Virus record (IMG/VR): IMGVR_UViG_3300005529_000060
Coordinates: 1 to 44,037 of that record
Strand: one strand, 5' to 3'
From: a virus
Taxonomy: Duplodnaviria > Caudoviricetes
DNA: 44,037 nt
A program made the position numbers and the translations under genes. Under the pieces are notes generated by a model. That model made no database searches. It was not told the origin of the DNA and worked only from the letters and a program-made list of their open reading frames with translations. Positions 1-8,881 of this stretch are shown here, in pieces; position 1 is the first letter of the stretch; each line of letters opens with the position of its first letter.

Positions 1-159
1 GCAACTCCGTGCTGCAACGTGAAGGTGAAACTCACCGTTGACGGCCCGCTCAAGTGGGCGCGCCACTGCCTTGGCGCCGGCTGCCACAACGTCTACGACG
101 TGAAGATCGTCGACGGCCAGCTTCAGTGGACGCTCAGAAAACAGCGGAGGGCCGCATGA
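1..159 (+). CDS. partial small Cys-containing early protein (5' end outside window)
   Basis: Frame 1 is open from base 1 to TGA 157-159 (ATPCCNVKV...HCLGAGCHN...RRAA); stop overlaps the next ATG (ATGA). Confidence 0.55.
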   Translation, partial: ATPCCNVKVKLTVDGPLKWARHCLGAGCHNVYDVKIVDGQLQWTLRKQRRAA

Positions 160-398
160 AGCAGCGCGTCGTTGAAGTCGTGAAGGTCCCCGTTCCAGAA
201 GGAACGACCGTCGACCTTTCGCTCGAGCAAGCAGCTGCCGCGCTCGGAATGCACGTGCGGTCACTGCAGCGAAAGATGCGCGCGGGCGCCATCGGCTACT
301 ACCGCGGCACTTCGCGGCCGACATTCAGCACCGCGCATCTCGACGCCTATCGCCAGCAGCACGAAGTCCAGCCAATGAAAAAGCGCCTCAGCCGCTGA
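156..398 (+). CDS. excisionase-like / MerR-type HTH DNA-binding protein
   Basis: ATG 156 after GGAGG; LSLEQAAAALGMHVRSLQRKMRAGAI matches the Xis-like winged HTH pattern. Confidence 0.7.
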   Translation: MKQRVVEVVKVPVPEGTTVDLSLEQAAAALGMHVRSLQRKMRAGAIGYYRGTSRPTFSTAHLDAYRQQHEVQPMKKRLSR

Positions 399-435
399 CA
401 CGGCACGACGAGGCGCAAGGGAAAGGAATCCGGCA

Positions 436-753
436 ATGAATTCCAAAGCGATCATCGACGAAAGCGAGTTTGGCGTCAACGTTGTCCCGCTCGTTCCGAC
501 ACGACATCTGACGGAAGACGAGGTCGACGAGATCGAATCGCTCATCGGCCGCGCTGCGAAGCGCGACTCGCGGACGTACACACCGACGTCGGATCTCTCG
601 ATCAACGACATGGCCGCAATCGCGATCGGTATCGCGATGGTGAACCATCTCGGCCAGGCGTTCGATCTATCCGAGCGTCAGTACACGCATCTCTTCTGGT
701 ACTACGTCGACGTCCTGAACCTCTATCGCACGTCGGAGGTTCGCCGTGGATAA
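436..753 (+). CDS. hypothetical protein
   Basis: AAGGA RBS, genome-typical codons, overlaps next gene. Confidence 0.65.
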   Translation: MNSKAIIDESEFGVNVVPLVPTRHLTEDEVDEIESLIGRAAKRDSRTYTPTSDLSINDMAAIAIGIAMVNHLGQAFDLSERQYTHLFWYYVDVLNLYRTSEVRRG

Positions 754-1201
754 CGTCGCGCGCTTCAGCCCCGCGGAGATCGCGTTTCAGAAGGATCTCA
801 ATCGCCACACAATCACCGAACAGCAGAAGGAAATCTCGCATCGTGATCGCGAGATCGTCCTTCTCAAGCGTGAGCTCGACATCGTCCGCGAAGCGCTCGC
901 GGCTCGCGACGCAGCCATCGAAGAGATCGAAGCGAGGCGGCTCGCCTTCCTCTTCGACAACTTCGAAGTGACCGTCGACGACGAAACGGGGAAGACGCTC
1001 TTCTCTCTCTACGAGAACGGTCGCTGCAGCGAGCTCGCGCGATCCATCCATCGTGTGATGCGTGGCAAGGATGTCGTCCATCGGCTCTGCCCGCACTGCG
1101 ATCGCGAATCGTGTCTTGGCTGCGTCAGCCCGCGCGCGACGCGTCCTGATGAAGAAGCGGTCGAGGAAGTCTTCTGCGACTTCCAGCGGGGGATCCGATG
1201 A
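746..1201 (+). CDS. hypothetical coiled-coil protein with CxxC...CxxC
   Basis: GGAGG RBS, coupled to neighbours; CPHC..SCLGC motif. Confidence 0.65.
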   Translation: MDNVARFSPAEIAFQKDLNRHTITEQQKEISHRDREIVLLKRELDIVREALAARDAAIEEIEARRLAFLFDNFEVTVDDETGKTLFSLYENGRCSELARSIHRVMRGKDVVHRLCPHCDRESCLGCVSPRATRPDEEAVEEVFCDFQRGIR

Positions 1202-1413
1202 GCGAATTCTTCGGTCCCTCCGATTCCTATTACGAAGAGCCTCCGGAGGCTTGCCCGGAGTGTGGGGGAGTGTCACGCCACAGCTCCGATTGCGAGATCG
1301 GCTACGAGCTCCGCGTCGACGAGTTCGAGGACATGGCTGAAGCCGAATCGTCCTGGTGGCAGAACGTCGGAGAGTCGCTTCTGAACTTTCCAGACGAGGA
1401 CCTCTTCTCATGA
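1198..1413 (+). CDS. small acidic Zn-ribbon-like protein
   Basis: ATGA overlaps at both ends; CPECG..H...C. Confidence 0.6.
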   Translation: MSEFFGPSDSYYEEPPEACPECGGVSRHSSDCEIGYELRVDEFEDMAEAESSWWQNVGESLLNFPDEDLFS

Positions 1414-1574
1414 ACGAGCTCCTCTACTTCTGCGCCGGGATGCTCATCGGCATCGTCGTCTGCATCTGCGTTGCGCTCGCGCGGTCGCAATGGCCAACGC
1501 ACAGACGGCGCCGCGAACGTCGGCCGATCCCTCTGCAGCGAGTCACAGACCTTCAAAGCACTTTTAAGCGGTAA
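1410..1574 (+). CDS. small single-TM membrane protein
   Basis: ATG 1410 overlaps previous stop; hydrophobic LLYFCAGMLIGIVVCICVALA then basic tail. Confidence 0.55.
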   Translation: MNELLYFCAGMLIGIVVCICVALARSQWPTHRRRRERRPIPLQRVTDLQSTFKR

Positions 1575-1619
1575 CGGGGAGCCGCGAACAAATCCCCATC
1601 AGAAAGGAGTCACATCGAA

Positions 1620-2510
1620 ATGGCACTCAGAGGAAAGAAACCCACCGCAGTCGAGAAGCGTTTCAAGATGCTTCTCTTCGGGCCCGCCGGCGTCGGAAAG
1701 ACGATCGCGTCGATCCAGTTTCCGAAGCCGTATCTGATCGATACGGAACGCGGCGCCGAACATGACGCGTATGTGAAGTTGCTCGATCGCGCAGGCGGCG
1801 CGTACTACGCGACGAACGATCCCGACGAACTCATTTCCGAAGTTCGTTCGCTGCTCTCGGAACGCCATCCATACCGCACGCTCGTCATCGATCCGCTCAC
1901 GCCGGTCTACAACGACCTGCTCGACAAGTCGGCCGCGATGCTCATCACCGACAACGATCCGACCGGTACCGCGTTCTCGCGGCACAAGGGGCTTGCCGAT
2001 CGGAAGGTAAAGCATCTGCTGAACCTCCTTACGCGTCTCGATATGAATCTCATCATCACGAGCCACGCGAAAGCTCGCTGGGAGCGCAACGGAACGCAGA
2101 TCATCGAGGTCGGCCAGACGTTCGATTGCTACGCGAAGCTCGACTACCTCTTCGATCTTGTGTTGGAGCTCGAGCGTCGCGGGACCGATCGCGTTGCGAT
2201 CGTGCGGAAGTCGAGGCTCGATGGGTTTCCGCTCGATACGGTAATCCCGTTTTCGTACGACGAGATTGCCGAGCGCTACGGCCGCGCCATCCTCGAGCGC
2301 GATGCCGTGCCTGTCCCGCTCGCATCGACAGAACAGTGCGCGAAGCTTCGCGAACTGCTCGCCGAACGAAAGAACGGCGACGAGCTTCTCGACAAATGGC
2401 TCGACAAGTCGCAGAGCGCGTCGATCGAAGAGATGCCTGCGGACGTCGCTCAGAAGTGCATCGACTTCCTGGTGAGCGGAAATGCGAAGGCAGAACCCAC
2501 CGCGGCGTGA
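1620..2510 (+). CDS. Sak4-like (AAA_24) ATPase / ssDNA-annealing recombinase
   Basis: Walker A GPAGVGKT, IDTERG, TLVID Walker B, IITSH; followed by an SSB-like gene; AAGGAG RBS. Confidence 0.8.
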   Translation: MALRGKKPTAVEKRFKMLLFGPAGVGKTIASIQFPKPYLIDTERGAEHDAYVKLLDRAGGAYYATNDPDELISEVRSLLSERHPYRTLVIDPLTPVYNDLLDKSAAMLITDNDPTGTAFSRHKGLADRKVKHLLNLLTRLDMNLIITSHAKARWERNGTQIIEVGQTFDCYAKLDYLFDLVLELERRGTDRVAIVRKSRLDGFPLDTVIPFSYDEIAERYGRAILERDAVPVPLASTEQCAKLRELLAERKNGDELLDKWLDKSQSASIEEMPADVAQKCIDFLVSGNAKAEPTAA

Positions 2511-2516
2511 GCGTCC

Positions 2517-2542
2517 GAGTCGCGCTCTCGTGAGTGCGACTC
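2517..2542 (+). other. intergenic stem-loop
   Basis: GAGTCGCGCTC-TCGT-GAGTGCGACTC, 11-bp stem with one G-U pair; no U tract. Confidence 0.5.
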
Positions 2543-2586
2543 TCGCCATTTACGCCGGACTGAAAGAGACGAAGAAGGAGAACGAC

Positions 2587-3033
2587 ATGTCATTCGAGTA
2601 CGACCCAGAGGACGCAAGCTCCTCGTGGCCAAAAGCGAGCTACGAAGCATCGATCGAGAAAGTCGAAGAGACGATCTCGAAGAAGAGCGGCGATCCGATG
2701 TTGATCGTTCGCTACAAGATCTACGGCGGTCCCGGCGGATCCACTCAGGACTTGGCCGACTACATCACCAATCCGCCGAAAGGCTCGGGCCGCAAGGGCA
2801 GCCTCTACAAGCTGCGCAGCATCGCGATGGTCGTCGGCCTCTACGAGGAGTTCCAGTCCGGCAAGCTGCGTCCGAAGCAGCTCGTCGGTAAGAACCTCGT
2901 GGTGAACCTCGGTCAGCGAATCGATCCGCAATACGGCGACTCCAACACGATCGAGTCGTACGGGAAGCTCGAGCGGCCGATGGCCATCGCTGGTGCTGCG
3001 GGCGCCGGCGACGACGAGGAAGTTCCGTTCTGA
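2587..3033 (+). CDS. DUF669-like single-stranded DNA-binding protein
   Basis: ATG 2587 after AAGGAG; YEASIEKVEETISKKSGDPMLIVRY pattern, acidic C-terminus DDEEVPF; follows Sak4. Confidence 0.75.
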   Translation: MSFEYDPEDASSSWPKASYEASIEKVEETISKKSGDPMLIVRYKIYGGPGGSTQDLADYITNPPKGSGRKGSLYKLRSIAMVVGLYEEFQSGKLRPKQLVGKNLVVNLGQRIDPQYGDSNTIESYGKLERPMAIAGAAGAGDDEEVPF

Positions 3034-3041
3034 CGAAGCCG

Positions 3042-3083
3042 CGCCGCTCCGGCGCTGCGCCTACACACGGCGCCGGAGCGGCG
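3042..3083 (+). other. long intergenic stem-loop
   Basis: CGCCGCTCCGGCGC...GCGCCGGAGCGGCG, perfect 14-bp inverted repeat just after the SSB stop. Confidence 0.6.
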
Positions 3084-3100
3084 GGACTGAAGGATTCAAC

Positions 3101-3373
3101 ATGGCAAAGAGACTACTCACGGACGAAGAGATCGCAACTCTGATCGACGTCGCGAACGCGAAGATCGAAGAGATCCTGGCTGACGGCTCGATCGATGCCG
3201 TACCGCGCAGGGAAGCGCTTGCGAAGTTGTTCCGCGCGTCCGACGCGATCAGCCGGATTCGCGACGGCCGGAAATCGAAGACCGCCAAACCGAAGGGGAA
3301 GGCCGACAAGGCCGACAAGCCGCGTGCCGGATGGACGCCTGACGAGACGGATCACGCAGGAGCCACGGCGTGA
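3101..3373 (+). CDS. hypothetical protein
   Basis: ATG 3101 after AAGGA; GTGA overlap with next gene. Confidence 0.6.
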   Translation: MAKRLLTDEEIATLIDVANAKIEEILADGSIDAVPRREALAKLFRASDAISRIRDGRKSKTAKPKGKADKADKPRAGWTPDETDHAGATA

Positions 3374-4056
3374 TTCGGCGCGCTCTCATTCTGGACACCG
3401 AGACGACGGGCGTCGCTTCGACGGACTCGGTCATCGAGCTCGGACTCGTCCTCTATTCGGTAGAGCACCAGACGACACTGATCCAGTTCTCGGCGCTTCG
3501 ACGGTGTACGACCGGCAACCCGGCTGCGCACATCAACCGCATTTCGCCGGCGGCACTCGCTGATTTCGATCTCGCGCTCGATTGCGACTCCATCGCGCTC
3601 GACCTCCTCGCCCCGGCTGATGTTGTCGTCGCTCACAACGCTGCATTCGACCGTCAGTTCTTCGACGGTCCATGGCACGAGAAGGACTGGCTGTGCACGC
3701 AGACGGACTTTCGCTGGCCGGCCCAGACGCGCGCGAACGAGTCGCTCGTGTCACTCGCGCTCGCACACGGCATTGGCGTCGCCTCAGCTCATCGAGCACT
3801 CACCGACTGTCAGCTGATCGCGTCGCTGTTCGATCGGATGACAGACCTGCAGGCGATGTTCGCCACGGCGATGCGTCCGAAGAAGCTCTATCGCGCAATC
3901 GTCGAATACCCACAACGCCAGCTCGCGAAGGATGCGGGCTTCCAGTGGAACGCGCCAGGATACGAAAAGATGTGGACGCGTCGCCTGACACCGGAAGAAG
4001 CAGCCGCGATGCCGTTCTACGTCGCTCCGATCGCGGAGGTGGCGAGTGTCCGGTAA
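3370..4056 (+). CDS. DEDDh 3'-5' exonuclease (DnaQ/epsilon-like)
   Basis: LDTETTG, VAHNAAFD, HRALTDC motifs. Confidence 0.9.
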   Translation: MIRRALILDTETTGVASTDSVIELGLVLYSVEHQTTLIQFSALRRCTTGNPAAHINRISPAALADFDLALDCDSIALDLLAPADVVVAHNAAFDRQFFDGPWHEKDWLCTQTDFRWPAQTRANESLVSLALAHGIGVASAHRALTDCQLIASLFDRMTDLQAMFATAMRPKKLYRAIVEYPQRQLAKDAGFQWNAPGYEKMWTRRLTPEEAAAMPFYVAPIAEVASVR

Positions 4057-4206
4057 GCCGAACTGCTCCAACTGCGGTCAACCGTACGCCGATCATCTGT
4101 GGCGTTCGTCCAAGGGCGCGTGCAAGCGACCGCTGAATGGTCGCAAGACGTTCTACCTCGACCCGACAAAGAGCGCACCCATCTCCGCACCAAAAGGTGG
4201 CGCGGC

Positions 4207-4611
4207 ATGACGAAGTTCAATCTCGCGGCGGCGTCCGGATCTCCGCAACAAACCACCTGCACGATCCCACCGACCCGGCCAGGGCGATCGACACAGCCGC
4301 CCGATCGTCCTGGCCATCTCCATCGGATCCGGCCCGTCGAGGTGATCGAACTGCTTTCCGAAGTGGTGGAGCAAACCACGCGTCGCGACGGGGTCCTGGC
4401 TGAGATCGGATTCATTCAACCGTTCCGCTTCGACACGTCACAGCGGTACCGGTTGCGAGTCGATTGCGAGTGGCACGGCGCACTCGTCCCTGGCCGTGCC
4501 GGCGAATGCCCGAAGTGCATGCCTATCGAAGAAGGAGAGCGAGCTCTCGGTCGCGTGCTACGCGGCCCGCGCGATTACACCGACTACATACGCGACAGCA
4601 GCATCGATTGA
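4207..4611 (+). CDS. hypothetical protein (start uncertain)
   Basis: Fills gap on the coding strand; C-terminal CEWH...CPKC. Confidence 0.4.
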   Translation: MTKFNLAAASGSPQQTTCTIPPTRPGRSTQPPDRPGHLHRIRPVEVIELLSEVVEQTTRRDGVLAEIGFIQPFRFDTSQRYRLRVDCEWHGALVPGRAGECPKCMPIEEGERALGRVLRGPRDYTDYIRDSSID

Positions 4612-4697
4612 ACGCCCACGCGAGCGCTCGTGCTCATCGAGTCTTCGCGCGGTCGGTCCATCAAGACATCCGAAATGAAAAGCCAGGGAGGGCATCA

Positions 4698-5327
4698 ATG
4701 GCAAAGGAACCGCTGAAGTACTGGAAAGCAGATGAGGTCCAGGCGATCGCTGATCGACTGATCTCTCGGTATCACCTTCATCTCGAGGGCGAAGCGATCA
4801 TCTATCTCTTCCGCTCCGAACATGCGGAGTCGAATGGCCGCATTGAGTTGGGCAAAGCATTGAAGGTCAGTGGACGCAACGCGTATCTGGCGATTCGGGA
4901 TCAGCTCGAGCAGATAAATAGCGTTGACGACAATCCTGACGAAAAGGAAGAAGCGCCTCCGATCAAGCTGATCGAAATCGCCTTCGACGTCTGGAAAACG
5001 CTGAATGTCACGCAGCGTGAAGCGCTCGTTGATCACGAGCTCTGTCATTTCGGTCCTGATGGGATGCGTGGCCACGACGTAGAGGAGTTTCGCGCCGTCA
5101 TCGATCGTCACGGTCTGTGGCGACCGGAGATCGAGCTGATGGCCGCCACCATCGCACAACAAAAGCTTTTTCCCGATGGTGAGGCGGATGTAGAGCGCCG
5201 CGTCGCGAGCGATCCCAAGGTGCGCAAGGCCATTGACGATATCCGACCGAAAAAAGGGAGCGGCATCGACAAGGTGACGATTTCTACGCCCGGCCGGAAA
5301 CCGGTGACTCTCACGGCAAAGGATTGA
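4698..5327 (+). CDS. putative phage metallopeptidase family protein
   Basis: ATG 4698 after GGAGG; ALVDHELCH (HExxH) and HDVEEF...RHGLW. Confidence 0.8.
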   Translation: MAKEPLKYWKADEVQAIADRLISRYHLHLEGEAIIYLFRSEHAESNGRIELGKALKVSGRNAYLAIRDQLEQINSVDDNPDEKEEAPPIKLIEIAFDVWKTLNVTQREALVDHELCHFGPDGMRGHDVEEFRAVIDRHGLWRPEIELMAATIAQQKLFPDGEADVERRVASDPKVRKAIDDIRPKKGSGIDKVTISTPGRKPVTLTAKD

Positions 5328-5334
5328 TCTGATC

Positions 5335-6852
5335 GTGCGCCAGCTCAGACTTCTTGGAGTCGTGTCCTGCGGACTTCTGCCCGGCGAGATCGGTGTCGAT
5401 CTTTTCGCTGGTGGCGGCGGCTGGTCGGAGGGTTTTCAGTGGGCGACCGGCGTGCCGCCCGCGGTCGCTGTGAACCACGACGAAAACGCGATCGTGATGC
5501 ACACCGCGAATCATCCTGAGACTGAGCACCATCACGAGGACGTTTTTGAAGTGGATCCGTTGAAGGCCACACGCGGCCGCGTGGTTGGCTGGCTGCATCT
5601 CAGTCCGGACTGCACGCACTTCAGCCGCGCGAAGGGCGGCAAGCCGCGCTCCCAGAAGATTCGTGCTCTGGCCTCGGTCGCACTTCCATGGGCGAAAGCC
5701 GTGTCGCCGCGGATCATCAGTCTCGAGAATGTCGCGGAGTTCGTGACATGGGGACCACTGGACAACGACGGGCAGCCGATCAAGTCGCGCGCCGGCGAAA
5801 CGTTTCGCGAGTGGGTGCATGAACTCGAGCATCTCGGGTACGCAGTTGAGTGGCGAATTCTGAATGCGGCGGATTACGGCGCGCCGACTTCCAGGAAGCG
5901 ACTCTTCCTCATTGCACGTCGAGACGGACAGCCGATTTGCTGGCCGAGGCCGACGCACGGCAAGGGGAGAAAACCGTATCGCACGGCCGCCGAGTGTATC
6001 GACTGGTCGATTGCGATTCCTTCGATCTTCGATCGGGCTAAACCGCTCGCGGAAGCAACGGAACGACGAATCGCTGAAGGCATTCGACGTTACGTGCTCA
6101 AGGCGAAGCGGCCGTTCCTCGTGAACCTCACGCACGGTGGTCGTCTCGAATCGATCGACGAGCCGTTCAGCACGATCACGGCTGCGCATCGAGGCGAGAA
6201 GGCGGTCGTCGCACCGACCCTCATCCAAACCAGCTACGGAGAACGTCATGGTCAATCACCGCGTGTTCTCGACCTACACAAGCCACTGGGTACGGTCGTC
6301 GCCGGTGGGCAGAAGCATGGATTGGTGACGGCGTTCCTCGCGAAGCACTACGGCGGAGTGGTCGGCCAGGAGATCGAAAAGAACCTCGGCACGATCACGG
6401 CGAAAGATCATCACGCGCTCGTCGCGTGTCACATCGAGTCGATGTACAGCAACTCGAAAGGCCGACCGATCGACGAACCTACACCAACGCTCACGGCACA
6501 GAGCAATCATCACGCTGTCGTCGCTGCGTTTCTCGCGAAGTATTACGGTTCGAATCGTCACGGCCAGGCGATCGACGACTCCTTGCATACGATTTCGGCG
6601 AAGGCCCGCTTCGGTCTCGTAACAGTGACGATCGACGGAGAAGAGTTCGTGATCGTCGACATCGGAATGCGGATGCTTCAGCCGCGGGAGCTCGCTCGAG
6701 CTCAAGGATTTCCGGACTCCTACGTTCTCACCGGTACCAAGACGCAGCAAGTAGCGCGGATCGGCAACAGCGTGTGCCCACACGTCGCGAAGGCGATCGT
6801 CAGCGCAAATCTCGATATCAGGGTTACGGCGATTGACGAGGCGGCTGCATGA
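5335..6852 (+). CDS. C5-cytosine DNA methyltransferase
   Basis: DLFAGGGG, SPDC, ENV, RKR, RELARAQGFP, IGNSV; five PxxTxxA-type repeats in the variable region. Confidence 0.92.
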   Translation: MRQLRLLGVVSCGLLPGEIGVDLFAGGGGWSEGFQWATGVPPAVAVNHDENAIVMHTANHPETEHHHEDVFEVDPLKATRGRVVGWLHLSPDCTHFSRAKGGKPRSQKIRALASVALPWAKAVSPRIISLENVAEFVTWGPLDNDGQPIKSRAGETFREWVHELEHLGYAVEWRILNAADYGAPTSRKRLFLIARRDGQPICWPRPTHGKGRKPYRTAAECIDWSIAIPSIFDRAKPLAEATERRIAEGIRRYVLKAKRPFLVNLTHGGRLESIDEPFSTITAAHRGEKAVVAPTLIQTSYGERHGQSPRVLDLHKPLGTVVAGGQKHGLVTAFLAKHYGGVVGQEIEKNLGTITAKDHHALVACHIESMYSNSKGRPIDEPTPTLTAQSNHHAVVAAFLAKYYGSNRHGQAIDDSLHTISAKARFGLVTVTIDGEEFVIVDIGMRMLQPRELARAQGFPDSYVLTGTKTQQVARIGNSVCPHVAKAIVSANLDIRVTAIDEAAA

Positions 6853-7520
6853 CCTGGCGCGCACCGATTACGAAGCGTCCCTGCCGAGACTGCGGGAACG
6901 AGATCGAAGCACGCCACGCAAAATACTGCGATGAATGCCGCTGGCGTCATCGGATCAAGCCGGCGAAGTACAACTGGACGCCGGAACGCGATGCGTGGCT
7001 TCGGCGCGAATGGGATGGCAACGATCGAGGCAGGGCCGCGCAGATCGCGAAGGCCTTCGGTTGGCCGCAATGGGTGCTTTCGAAACGTGCTCGCACGCTT
7101 GGACTCACTCGGCCACGCTACCGGAAAGAGTGGTCATCCAACGAGACGGCCTTTCTCACCGAGCATCTTGGAAGCCGAACAACGATCTGGATTGCGAGGA
7201 AGCTCGGACGAACTGAAACCTCCGTTGTTCTTCGCGCGAAGCGTCTTCACCTCAGCCGAAAAATCGATAACGGGTACAGCTCGCGCGCCGTCGCGGAAGG
7301 ATTCGGCATCGATTCTCACGCTGTGCTCTCGTGGATCCGCCGCGGTTGGTTGAAGGCGTCTCGCGGGCAGATGTTCGGGCCACACGAATCGTGGGCGATC
7401 GCGCCCGAAGCGGTGCGCGCATTCATCAAATCGCATCCCACTGAATTCGACATTCGCAAGGTCGATCAGGTGTGGTTTCTCGATGTGCTCGGAGTCATCA
7501 ATGGTGAGGTCGCGGCGTGA
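6849..7520 (+). CDS. multi-HTH DNA-binding protein with N-terminal Zn finger
   Basis: CRDC...CDEC, two W(T/S)xxxxA(W/F)L..IA HTH repeats and a terminal Xis-like HTH. Confidence 0.65.
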   Translation: MTWRAPITKRPCRDCGNEIEARHAKYCDECRWRHRIKPAKYNWTPERDAWLRREWDGNDRGRAAQIAKAFGWPQWVLSKRARTLGLTRPRYRKEWSSNETAFLTEHLGSRTTIWIARKLGRTETSVVLRAKRLHLSRKIDNGYSSRAVAEGFGIDSHAVLSWIRRGWLKASRGQMFGPHESWAIAPEAVRAFIKSHPTEFDIRKVDQVWFLDVLGVINGEVAA

Positions 7521-8881
7521 AGTTCCAACTGATTCACGCCGACGTACTCCATGGACTCCGACAACTCGCGGACGAATCGGTGCAGTGCGTTGTGACATCG
7601 CCCCCTTACTGGGGACTTCGCGACTACGGAATTGAGCCAAGCGTATGGGGGGGGGGGGATGCCATGTGTGAACATGCATTCTCCACCGAATCGATCGGCA
7701 CAGAAGTCGGCCGCGGCAATTGGGCGCAAGGTGTTAACGGTCGCGGTGAGGAACAAGAAGGTGGGGTGGACGCGAAGCGAAACCCAATTCGCGCTGAGGC
7801 GTCCCGCGGCTTCTGTGAAAAGTGCAATGCATGGTTAGGCTGTCACGGCCTTGAGCCAACCGTCGATTTGTATGTTGCCCATGAGGTTCTGATTTTTCGA
7901 GAGGTCCGTAGGGTACTGCGGCGCGATGGGACACTGTGGCTCAATCTTGGCGACAGCTATGCCGTGAGTGGCTGTGCCGGAAACCCTCCCGAGTCTACCC
8001 ACCAAAAGCAACGGACAAATCGCGGCTCGCAAGGCGCAACGGGAATCCGTGCTGACCGTCGATTTACGGCTTCGATTGCATCCAACAAAGGTACTGGTGG
8101 GCTGAAGGCGAAGGATCTTTGCGGCGTGCCATGGGCCGTGGCTTTCGCCTTACGAGCCGACGGCTGGTATTTACGGGCAGACATCGTCTGGCACAAGCCC
8201 AACCCGATGCCGGAGAGCGTCACTGACCGTCCGACGAAGGCGCACGAATACCTGTTCTTGCTGAGCAAGAACGCGAAATATCGGTACGACGCTGATGCCA
8301 TTCGTGAGCCAGCCGCCTATCTCCAGCCGAACGCTCCTGATGCGATCAAATCGCCCTACGGTCAGGGTTACACGCGGCGCGCGGATGCAGGACCGGGAAT
8401 CTCAGGATGGGCCCGCGGAGAGGGCTCGCACGATCCAGTCTCTCATAATAGGGCTGGACGCGCTAAGGGCACCCCGCGCCCCAAGGGAAACGCAAAATCG
8501 TTTCGTGGCGGTGGCGCCTACACGCAAGGTCGCTGCTTCGACAATGACGCCACGATTGAGCGCGATAGTCACGGCAACGAACCGAACGAAAGTTTGACGC
8601 GTAATCGGCGATCAGTATGGACGGTTGCAACTGCTCCGTTCCCAGAAGCTCACTTCGCGACCTTTCCTCCGGATCTCGTCGAGCCGTGTGTCCTCGCCGG
8701 CTCGAGCATCGGCGACACGATCCTTGATCCATTCAACGGTGCCGGAACTACAGGCGTCGTGGCGCTGAGTCATCAGCGCAATTATGTCGGGATTGAACGA
8801 AATGCCGACTACGTCGAGATGTCGCGTCGACGATTGCGGTCTGTCGCACCGCTCTTTCAGGAAGAGGTTAATCATGGGTGA
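7517..8881 (+). CDS. N4-C/N6-A DNA methyltransferase, beta class
   Basis: TSPPY catalytic motif precedes DPFNGAGTT SAM-binding motif; WHKPNPMPESVTDRPT, HFATFP. Confidence 0.92.
   Translation: MKFQLIHADVLHGLRQLADESVQCVVTSPPYWGLRDYGIEPSVWGGGDAMCEHAFSTESIGTEVGRGNWAQGVNGRGEEQEGGVDAKRNPIRAEASRGFCEKCNAWLGCHGLEPTVDLYVAHEVLIFREVRRVLRRDGTLWLNLGDSYAVSGCAGNPPESTHQKQRTNRGSQGATGIRADRRFTASIASNKGTGGLKAKDLCGVPWAVAFALRADGWYLRADIVWHKPNPMPESVTDRPTKAHEYLFLLSKNAKYRYDADAIREPAAYLQPNAPDAIKSPYGQGYTRRADAGPGISGWARGEGSHDPVSHNRAGRAKGTPRPKGNAKSFRGGGAYTQGRCFDNDATIERDSHGNEPNESLTRNRRSVWTVATAPFPEAHFATFPPDLVEPCVLAGSSIGDTILDPFNGAGTTGVVALSHQRNYVGIERNADYVEMSRRRLRSVAPLFQEEVNHG
7647..7658 (+). repeat. G12 homopolymer in MTase coding sequence
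   Basis: GTAT-G12-AT encoding W-G-G-G-D, currently in frame. Confidence 0.9.
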
